A DNA stretch of 64,000 nt from Laetmonice hystrix. Lineage: Eukaryota. A program made the translations under genes and the position numbers. Position 1 is the stretch's first letter. Each line of letters opens with the position of its first letter. Of this stretch, positions 37,401 through 47,614 are shown piece after piece. The stretch spans positions 35,776,001 through 35,840,000 of the forward strand of contig OZ249436.1 in assembly GCA_965235115.1 (NCBI GenBank), written 5' to 3'. The notes under the pieces are model-generated. The model was not told the DNA's origin. It saw only the letters and a program-made list of their open reading frames with translations, and did no database searches.

Positions 37401-40400
37401 AACAACAGTTAACATCTATTTCAATGAGCTTCATCACTTTCTTGTAATTCAGGTTTCTATGCATATTTTTAATCATATAAATCAATATTGTATTCATTCT
37501 TCATGTTGTCCCAGCCACGGGTTCATACTAGTATTACCTGAAATTTGCACTTTATGGAAATAAAAACACTTTCCGATGAGTCTGAAAATGTAACTTTCAA
37601 TTTTTGCCACTATACATATGTCTTTGAGTATGATTGGATTGTCTCAGTTGAGATGAGGAGTGTTATCCGGTCGGTCCACCTTCACACCAATGGTTTTATT
37701 ATTCATAAAGGGTAATCCAAAATTATCTCAAAGTAAACGGTTACTTACATCGGCTGGAATGTATTACTATCTGCTTGCTCGAGCCCCACTGCAATTTCAC
37801 CGGCATCAAGACATAACTGAAAAAACAATAATATTTTAGTAAGGGCTTCACTCTTCTCATATTAAGAAATCCTGTTACATTACAAAATTAATGCCCGTCA
37901 CAATGTAATTGCTAATGCCTAAAAAAGTACTCATGATTACATTAGGGTACAAAATGTTGGGGAATTTTTTGCTATGTACACAAAACCATATACCCGGTAG
38001 TTGTAATTTGTATCAGTACCCCAGTTCACTTTTCACACTTAATGCCTTGTATATAAAGGGCTTTCAATTACCGTGCAGACAGGGTTTTTATGTGTTTTAC
38101 AGGAAGGAATGCATTGCACAGGTTATAGTTTTACATCGCATACTGCCATGCGATTCTGAACATTTCAGACCCTGCGTTATATAACTTTAATTTTCTTAAA
38201 CCCACCAACCTTGGATTGGTCATATAAAAAGATAACGATTAAAAAAAACCTGACTGTCCTATATTATTTCGATTTCTACTGCTGTTAACCTTGTCCTCCC
38301 CTCAGAAAGTTTTAACTGACCAAATTATATGGCCCTTTCCAAGCCTTGGTACATATTGTTAAACTTTAAAACTTACCAAAAGAGATCTATACCAAGCACG
38401 ACATCAGCTGAAAAAACTGTCTTGGTGGTACACCTGTTACCGATGATGTATGAAGTCCCATGAGACTCACCCATTGATGAAGCGGTGTGAACTTTCCCGT
38501 CAGTGCTTTCAGTGCTTCCTGAGCTACAATACCCCCAAGAGTGGCACACAGGGGTGCAAAACATCCTTGGGCTGTGAAAGACATCACTCGCAGTAACACC
38601 TCATCTATTGGATCGACCTTGATGTCCCTCTGACCATTCAGGTCATGTGCGATGGCTATCAATGCATCAGCATCTTTGCTGCATCTAAGAACAGCAGAAA
38701 GGAAAAAAACTCTTTAGAAAATAAATAAATTATTATCTAATTTCTAAAAGCCATTATTTTTCTATTCTTAGGGAGAACAAACATCTACATATTGACCACC
38801 AGGAAAAAAGCATGTTGAGAAACATCTTCAACATCAGCACCAAACAAAGATGTTCCTGTTCGATTGTTCTTTAAATTTTTTTTATCATTACCTGACATTA
38901 GGGAGCCGTCCCTCTTGTAGTCTGAAGGCATGCAGGGAGACCAATCCTAAGTGAAGATTAGGTGGGGCCTATGGGAATATGAGACCATTATACTCATTTG
39001 TGAACCATCAGAGATTGTTTAAGATATTTATGTATATTTCTTACAGCAATACTTTAAGGTTCAATACCATATTAAGTAACCTTTCATGTACGAATAAAGG
39101 TGGAAACATGAAAAACTTACCTCAAATTTGCTGAGGTCTGGAGTAAGTAAATCTGGAGACTTCAGTTGCTGCTCCAGAGGTTTCTGTGAAGAAAAAAGTT
39201 TGGGTAATACCCAACATTCCTCATTTAAATTACCAAAACACTGCCCTCCTCTTACTTTTATGTGAATGTTACATCACTTTAAACTTAATACAGTTTCATT
39301 GATTGGTAAAGTCTCACTCCACAACAGAACAAGTGGCAGTAAATAAAAGATAGACATAAAGTACAATGTACTTACAAAATTCATCATGCTTGGAACCTTA
39401 ACCTGGGAAACAATGCCGCCATTTTCATACTGGTCAAATTCATCACCAATTGTATCACAGATACTGAAGGCATAAGGTGACAGCACTGAAAATGAAAATG
39501 CGATATACATGTATGTACATACTAAGAATTTCCCAAATTTTGCAGTTTTGAGAACGTTTGGACGTTTGAATTAAATTTCTTCTAAAGAATAGGTTCTCCT
39601 ATTCAAAATCATATTTTTCATATTCAATTTTATACATGTATGGAATTTACAATTTCTTGCACAAGTATCGTAGTCCATAAGTAAGAACTGAATACTGTCT
39701 CTTTGATACCACTCACCCTTTATTTTGCACTTTTTGCCATTGAGGGCCTCCATCCCCTTGACTTCTCGGAAGGTTACCACATCACCATCCTCCAAACCAT
39801 GCATCTTATTCTCCAGTGTGGTTACGACTCCAGGGCTATCCTGCAAGGAACAAACCAAAGTCACAGTCACTCTACTATCTAGTAAAGTTCTATTAAATCA
39901 AAAAATCTGATAGAAGGTTCAAACAATTTATTGTGTATGAAAGCAATTTTTATTATTGAACATCTTTACCCAGGATTACTGACTCGGCTGGCAGCTGTTA
40001 CAAATATGGGGTCCTGCACAGAATGCAATGCTACATAATACATACATGAATACATATACTATAAAAGTGCCCTCACAACTAAAACAAAAAATTAGTCAGT
40101 GACATCCATCCTTATGACTAGGTTCAAAGTCTGGTGACCATCTAAGATAACGTAGATAAAAGTAAATAATTTCTATGAATTATCCAATGTGTGTTTTTTT
40201 CTATATATATGGAAAAGAATCAGGGCCCTCGCTGGCTTTCAAAACTGATTATCCAATAACCTAGTTAAACCCTTTGTTTTTATCCAAAATTCGACAAATT
40301 CTATATGTACTGTACCAAAATTTGCAAGAAAATTCACCAATATGGAACCAGTTTGAGAAACTAATTGCCACTAGCGACTTTGCGACTGAGTAGCATCCAC

Positions 40401-43400
40401 AGGCCCATTATGCTACGCATCACACTCTTCATATGCTCTGCTAGATTGCACCCACTTTGCTTGTATAGAGCTATTATCAGAGACAAACAAACAAATCTTG
40501 CTGTTTGGTAATGAGCATTTAGTGCCCACAGCTGAATATTTTTAGTTCAACAAGATCAAATCGCCTTGTGATCCTTAAAACCTGTGTAGCCGTCACCATT
40601 TCGTATATAGGGCGTTTAAGTATGTCACGAGAATTCAAGAGATTTCGCGTTAGCGGGACAAGGAGCAAATAGCCTCGCTAGTTTAACATTGCGATGGCCA
40701 TAGGGAAGAGTGACAGTCAACTTTGAAATATTTTCATTCTGCAGTCAAGTCGCTGTTAATGTTGAGCGTTACAATACATGATTACCGGGATGTTTACTCT
40801 AGGATAAAGTTTGTTTTATAGTTTAGAAAGTTAGATTGTGAATATACGGGCTGGTTTTTGTAAACCTGTCGGCCCTGTCAATGTTAATCCTATGGGAAAA
40901 TTTTTGACGTCACAATCGCTTGGCGCACTTTCGGCGCTATCGCGAGCTGGTTTGAGGCTATTTAACGTCATTTGCATATCCAAGTCACGAGACTTAAACC
41001 CCCTATTGTCACTCCCACTTCTATCACAGTGTTTGTTATCTGTTTGTTGATTGGTCGCGACGAGAATCGCTTGCAATGCAAACTTCCGAGCTACAGAAAA
41101 GAGTGTTGATTGCAGCAAGGCCTCTGACCGGAGAGATGGAGGTCAGGGGGCTTGTTTAGGAAGAAGAATGAAAAAGTGGAAGGAAAACATACCGTAATCT
41201 TCCGTGTATAAGCCGCACTTTTTTCCTCCTCATATTAATCATAAAACGGGGGTGCGGCTTATACATGGCCACAAGGTCTGGAGACCAAGTCATAGGGCTT
41301 ATACATGGCCACAAGGTCTGGAGACCAAGTCATAAGGTTGAACGTTAATACCCATTGTTCTACGTGTGACTATTTGCTGACTATGACAATGGGATGGATT
41401 CCAAAAATAAAGATGTGTCATATTGTTTTCAATACCCTGTGAAAGCAATGGCCCATTTAACAATGGGAGGTGATGGTGGCACCGGCGTCTGGTCAACGAC
41501 TTTTCACACTATGGCCAGGCTGGTGAAGCATCTCAGCATGTTTCATAGGGTTGATGGTTGGGGCCCAACTTTGCTATGACTGGCATCAGAAACATAATTT
41601 TTTTTTCTCTCTGACTTTTGCTCCAAAAACGGGGGTGCGGCTTATACATGGCCACGGCTTATACACGGAAGATTACGGTAATTATTAGTAACGGGTAATA
41701 TAGGTGACCCCATAGATTACCTTGGTGATATTGGAGATAAAGGTGTCTCTTGGTTCCTCACCATTTCCATCAAGAACCTCAAACTCATCACCAAAATCAC
41801 AGAATGCCCAGCAGAAAAGACCATACACATCTGCACTGATGAACTGTAATTTAAATAATACATTGAAAATTATGGTGATAGTAACAACAGCCTATTCAAA
41901 GAGTAACTGTATTTAAAATTCTTTATCTTATAAACAGGGATGAGAATGGCTAACAATGGAAAATGCAGAAATGTCATTATACATGTATATTATAAGTTTG
42001 ATGAAGGGGGAAAAACATGGAAATCTGCGGATCCACAGAAGATTCTCGTCCCTGTATAAAGAACATACATACATCATTTTAATGTTAAGAGATCACTCCA
42101 GTTAATATGAAAAATATGTCTTTTGGTACAATACCAATACTTACTGTACTTTGAAAGTGCCAATCTTGGTTTGCCGAACAGTTCAGAAGATGAACACAAA
42201 ACTACTGCGTGTTTTAAAACATACCTTTACTGGTGTATTTTGAGCCCTACAGTAGGCGTTCACCTTCAGCTGTAATTCCTGAGAGGCCTCAGTAAGGATA
42301 ACACACTGGAACCAATACAGTTCTTAAATGACTACAAAAACTAGCATCTAATAGCAGGAAGATGATTAAGAATGACATTACATATATTTGGATTAATAGT
42401 GATACAACATTCTATTTACTGGGTAAATGAAAGATTCAGGCATGAAATGTCAAGAGTTAGGCTACATTAGCCTAATGATTTTCTGCGATTGCAACAATGA
42501 GGAAAAAGTTACAGAAAAGTCTAAAAATAAATGGAAATTGGCTTTATTACCAGTACATCAAAATTTATGGTATTGCTTATACAGATTTCATTTAAAGTTG
42601 CAGAGCATGAAATGCAAAATAGCAAGTCATAGAGAATTTGATCGCATGGGATATATGACAAATCTTTTTTTATCTGAACTGCCTAACAATAAAACTTACC
42701 TGATATGCATTAAGGAAAGATAAGTCAACGCTTTCATCAAATGGTTCCGTTTTGATGCAAACCGACACATACGGATTCAGTTCCGATAAGCGCTCTGCAC
42801 TGGCCACTGCCCTGTAAGTAAGCATGAAGCCATCACCAAAAAAGTAAATGGATTATCAAGAAGGAAGCAAGACCTTTTGAACTTTTGAGTTTTTTCCCAA
42901 ATGGACTTCCAAATTAAAATCATGGAAGTCATGACCCAGGTAGGGGAAAGCCCTGCTACCATACACTACGTAGCTCTTTCCCTATAGATCAAAGTCAAAC
43001 TGGAAATGCTGGAGCATATGTATCTGAAAATAATCCACCTGGCTATATAATAAGTCTTGATACCAAGATTACAACTTGGGAAATAAGTGTCATATAGCAT
43101 ACATAACCCACCTATTTGGGCCTGCCTGTACGTCATCTTCACGGAGAAAGAACTGGGTACCAAGATCATGGTAAGTGGCTGATTTTGTATCCTGTACAGT
43201 TATGGACTTTACACCAGCCAGGATAATATTCTTTGCTACAAAATTAAAAATTAGAAATTCATGTGAGTTCAGTTAACCTGTGGCTTTCTATTTTAAGTCT
43301 GTATGTCCATCTGTATGTTCGTACATATACATGTACCCAGTTGGGGGCCTTGACTCCCGACAGGCTCTTATTTTAACTAATATTCATACTGTACATGTAT

Positions 43401-45015
43401 GTTGTATTTAGGTTTACTCTATGATATGCATATTCCATGGTTATCAGACAGCCTCTCAAATCTTAATCATTCTTTGGCCCTTGTGTACACATGTTTATAT
43501 TATAAAGGTCCTGTATTAGCCACATTCACTACAGAAGCTTAACATACATATACATGTATATGCGATTCGCAGCAATATCATTACAATTTCAATACAATGC
43601 AGTTACATTGTATAATATAATCCTTAGGTGAGTGAGAACATTATATGGTGTAGCAGTGCACTTAGGCATTCTGTACAGGTAGTGATCTGCAGACTGTGAC
43701 TGTAGACTTCCATAGTCAGGCTTCATCCATTAATTGCCTTTCCCAGCCCATAGAGCAATCCCAGTACGGCAGTGGCTAGACATTTATTGACTGGATGCAA
43801 ATGCCCACTAATCAGTCAGGCTGGACAGTGTGCTACACTACAATTTAGTATCCTGCTTTATGCTTTTCGAGCCAACAATATACTTCTTCCATTTCTACTG
43901 GTACAGCAATACTAACCAATAGTAGAATGTTAACTGATTATGGGTATTTAGAAATCACCTTTCCTTCTGCAGATTCTTGGAAATTTGTTCTTGCTATTCA
44001 GTCACTAAGTTGGCAATGGTGATTCAGGCCTCGAATTACACGACGGCATCGACGGCATTTGCCGTCGTGCCTTTTCCACGTATGGGAAATTTGCCGCCGT
44101 GCCCTTTAAAAATCTTATGGTATTTCTCATGTATCGACGGCAGTTTTTGCCGTGCCCCTGTAAACTTCTAATTCGAGGTCTGGTGATTATCGTTGCAGTT
44201 AGCAAAGAAATTATGACAATGGCAAGTTTCAGTCTGAATAAGGCAGAGGCCAAGAGGCTAGACTGATTTTTTAAAGTTGTTGCGTGCACTTGGACCATGA
44301 TGTTCATGTTCCAGAACCGTTAATACTGATCTTGAATTTATGTTTCTATCATGAGCTCAAAAGAAATATCAGTTACCTACCAATCTCAACACCTAATCCG
44401 CCCAGGCCTACAAGGAAAATGTTTGACCGGGCCATGCGCTGCATTGCCCCATCTCCTAACACGTAACGCTGACGGCTACAAAAAAAGCATGAAAATATAA
44501 TTTTCCAGCAATCCGTCAATTCTACTTTTAGCAATCCACCTATTAAAACAAAATACATGTACATGCAAGTTATACCTATTTTGGGGTTAATTGTGTCTAG
44601 CTCTATTATACATTCAGATTAGACAAATTGCATTCAATCATTAAAATTCTTTAACAATGAACAAGGGTTGCTGCTGGAAAGTTTTAAGTAACAGCCAAAG
44701 TGTAAACAAATGCATATCTTTACAATAATCCAACAAATCTAATAGCTCGACATGGGCTCGGAATGATGGTGGATCGTAATAATTAAACACCCAAAAATTT
44801 GATCACGGGGTTTAATAAAATTTGTATTCAATAATAATCACCACTTTTCTCCCCAAATGATAAGGATAACAGTTCACAGTAGGTTCACAATTCATAGTTC
44901 ATCTCTGTGATCAAAAGAAATACTTTGCTGATTAAAATTCTTACTAATTAATAATCACAACAGAGATAATATCTTGCCTGTACAGCGAGTCATCAATTTC
45001 AACATCTGTTGCCAT
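31427..45015 (-). CDS. UBA6: Ubiquitin-like modifier-activating enzyme 6 (E1), 1019 aa, 30 coding exons
   Basis: Exons: 44978-45015, 44381-44475, 43112-43235, 42700-42811, 42225-42305, 41721-41843, 39717-39840, 39376-39485, 39121-39183, 38892-38968, 38471-38684, 37749-37816, 37289-37367, 37042-37119, 36832-36909, 36476-36524, 36018-36047, 35701-35806, 35145-35421, 34556-34736, 34403-34466, 34210-34279, 33927-34001, 33438-33561, 32969-33048, 32622-32735, 32276-32403, 32024-32111, 31768-31862, 31427-31541. They total 3060 nt with consistent phases. Motifs: [36 protein letters not shown], catalytic [10 protein letters not shown] (Cys codon 35283-35285), [21 protein letters not shown], and the UBA6-type [20 protein letters not shown]...GPPVRYFF. 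Confidence 0.95.
40607..41006. mobile_element. TIR element with a possible nested inner element (40667-40963)
   Basis: Outer ends ATAGGGCGTTTAAGT / ACTTAAACCCCCTAT; inner ends AAATAGCCTC / GAGGCTATTT; CpG-rich body. Confidence 0.5.
41192..41678. mobile_element. Non-autonomous Tc1/mariner-pogo (Tc2-like) element
   Basis: Perfect 24-bp TIRs CCGTAATCTTCCGTGTATAAGCCG / CGGCTTATACACGGAAGATTACGG flanked by TA...TA. Contains an internal ~40-bp tandem duplication GGCTTATACATGGCCACAAGGTCTGGAGACCAAGTCATA. Confidence 0.9.
41935..42054. mobile_element. 120-bp non-autonomous TIR element
   Basis: Ends CAGGGATGAGAAT / ATTCTCGTCCCTG, 6-bp TSD TATAAA. Confidence 0.8.
44025..44182. mobile_element. 158-bp non-autonomous TIR element
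   Basis: Ends CAGGCCTCGAATTA / TAATTCGAGGTCTG, 6-bp TSD GTGATT. Confidence 0.8.
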
Positions 45016-45226
45016 AGTTCCAGGTAGGAGCAGATGATCAGTTAAAGATGTTCGAGGCTTTTTAGCAGGATGCGTCTTGTTTGTGGCCAGTTACCTGAGA
45101 AAATGGGAAATCATGTTAAACCATTGATCAGCACATCTATGTGCAAAATGACATGTAATCCATAAATTACATACGGGTAACACTCAGGGGGTGGGGGGTG
45201 TGTCCAAGATTACGGTCGTCCATTAT

Positions 45227-45477
45227 AGTGGGTGCGTAATTGGTGTTTAACGCCCAGTCACTGAGTCAGCAGTATTTTAGCTATTTCTGGGCAAGAACAG
45301 GGTAGCTAACTCAGTCGGTGAAATCCATTGGGTGATGATGAGATGATAGAAGGAAACCCAACATCAGGGCGAACCCCTACTCTTATCAATAGGTGCCAAG
45401 GGATCTTGAACGTGCCCCTCCACATAGGCGTATCGTGACACGGCCGGCCTTTGATAAAGCAGTCGGCAGCACTGCTC
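45227..45477 (-). mobile_element. 5'-truncated Deu/Nin-core SINE, same family as 911-1197
   Basis: The reverse complement shares AGCAGTGCTGCCGACTGCTTTA..AAAGGCCGGCC, GTGGAGGGGCA.GTT.AAGATCCCTTGG and ATGGATTTCACCGACTGAGTTAG with 911-1197. It also retains GGCAC..TAAGAGTAGGGGT, typical of the Deu core. Confidence 0.8.
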
Positions 45478-46332
45478 AGTCCATTATTGGCATCATAAGG
45501 TAAAATTCCATTAAAAAGATATCTACCCGCTACAACAATGCAATCCATTGTAACTCTGCAGTTAATACATGCGACTCTGGTACTCCTTGCAGCTCAATCA
45601 GACCTGTTCAGTTACCCACCCCCTCACAAAAAAAAATTATAGGTCTAAGTCTAACGTTAGTTGCCTGGCCATAGGAGGCCTCATCCTCCCACGCTCGGGG
45701 TTGAACAGCTTCGAGCGATTCCCCCCCCCCCCCCCCAAGACAGCCAGCCTTTTTCCACCAGTGAAAAGATCGCAGCTCCATCTGCTTATGACCTAATAAC
45801 TCTTCTTGAGGCCTACTTGCAGTACCACAAGCACCAATCAGATTACAGCACTGTCTGAGTCGCGATTCATAAAAATTAGCTTGCATTTCTGGTTAGCCAA
45901 TAAGAACATCCTGAGTAAAGTTATTGTTGTCGAAGCAAGATGGCAAAGCCAACGATGGCAGCAAAGGGTAGGCACTAAATCTTGACAGTGGGAGGAACAA
46001 CTTTGAGTTGACTGGGCTTCATGAACACACACTATAACTAACCCTATCCTGACCCTTAACCTTAACCCAGGGGCACGGCAGAAGCTGAGACCGACAGCGA
46101 GCGTCGGCAACACTGGGCTGAGCAGGCATATATGCCAGCTGAAGTGAAGCGACAATGCTGAAATCAGGGGAGATAAAATTTGGAATTTCACGTATTAAAC
46201 TGTATCGAGATTCAAGTCATAGTGCTACAAACTCTATTACCAGGGAGGGGCAGTTTCGACTGGGCTGTAGAATGCAGGATGCGTGATGCCCCTTGACAAC
46301 TCAAGATGGGGAGGCCTGGGCAATATTCTTCC

Positions 46333-46809
46333 TGGGCATCAATAAACAGTAAACTGAGGGAAATGAGATCGGTTAATTATGCCTGGGGGGGGGGGGATTC
46401 CTGATAGGGACTGGCTATTGACACCAACACAACGAAGCCGACCTAAATTAGGTCGACTAATTCCGACACGAAACAGTGTGTTTGGGTTAAGGCCGCCGCA
46501 CATTTGTTCGGAAATATTAAACATGTTGAATACCGACGAACAATTGTTCGTTCGGCATTTTGATCACCGCACACGAGTGGATTTTTGTTCGGGAACAAAT
46601 GTTCGCACACAAATGTTCGTCGTGTGTGGCAGCGTTTAGGGTAAAGGTTAGGCCTAGGCTCGGGTAGGGTTAGTGTTAGTTTAGTCCCAAAATTGTTGTT
46701 AAATAGGTACTAACTTCCGGCCGTAACGTCATACCTGACGTCACGGGCTTGTAGCATGACTAGGCCTAATCGATCTCAGTTTGCTCAGTTCGCTGTTTAT
46801 TGATGCCCA
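46333..46809. mobile_element. TIR element with long imperfect inverted ends
   Basis: TGGGCATCAATAAACAG.AAACTGAG...TGAGATCG at the left end is matched by CGATCTCAG..CTCAGTT.CTGTTTATTGATGCCCA at the right end. Internal GGTTAG-rich tract and a possible nested MITE at ~46489-46638. Confidence 0.7.
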
Positions 46810-46943
46810 TTCTTCCTTGCTAAGTAGATCTACCGCTACTTTCTAGATTATAATCATTGATTTATTTAGACATCATCACGACATCAGTCATCAGCCATGA
46901 TCAGGCACCGCATTCATGATAATATCTGACCTAGACTAGTTAC

Positions 46944-47466
46944 CGAAATTATGTCTGGGCCAGCTTTAAATAATCAGTAATCTTCTTAGTGGTGTTTTCA
47001 CATCCAGTCTGTCATTGATCCCACCACTGAACTACCCGGATAAATGAAAACTGGCAGAACCGGCACTTTTGACATTTGTCAGGGCAGACACTGAGACTGA
47101 GTGAGACAGTGGTGGCATCTTGAAGTTGGCCAATGTTGACATTTTGACAGATCAGACGTTACTGCACATGCGTGTCACTGATCATTCTATATGCATAACA
47201 TATGTGCTCTGGATTCTAAGATAAGCACTTAAAACTTAGGCTTTTCTACGTCTCGCTATATTTCACATAAAGTAATTTTACCGGCAATTTTGACATTCCC
47301 TTCTTCCGATATCACCCTCGCAGCTACGGCAAACGATGTCGAAACATGTGTAGCCTCCAAATGGCAGCGCAAATCCTATTGGACGTTGCATATATGTGAA
47401 CCAATGAGATCACGTGTAATAAAAGGTGAGGCAGACATTCGTGACGTCACACTCCCCACTTCCACA
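46944..47466. promoter_or_regulatory. Bidirectional promoter region, UBA6 (-) / MAP1-futsch (+)
   Basis: Head-to-head genes. Candidate UBA6 non-coding exon 1 ends at 46944 (CG|GTAACT donor). ATTGG/CCAAT pair at ~47378/47401, CACGTG at ~47412 and GTGACGTCAC CRE at 47441-47450, just upstream of the futsch ATG. Confidence 0.55.
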
Positions 47467-47614
47467 ATGGCGACGGGAGATGCGAACGGTGGTTCTGGTC
47501 TGGGAGAAAATACTTCTGATATGGCAGAATTAACTGGATCCGCTGTGCTCGTTGTCATTGGAGAACCTTTGACGGCCGATCACAAGGAGCTGATTTTGGA
47601 ACGGATAACTAAAG
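47467..47614 (+). CDS. futsch: Microtubule-associated protein futsch / MAP1 family, first coding exon (gene continues beyond the window)
   Basis: Good Kozak context ACAATGG. Encodes MATGDANGGSGLGENTSDMAELTGSAVLVVIGEPLTADHKELILERITKG and ends at an AAAG|GTGAGC donor. It resembles the futsch/MAP1 N-terminal motif LTG..LL.V.GEP....HK..IL.R..KG. No exon 2 (expected F.SWD) was found up to 64000. Confidence 0.8.
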
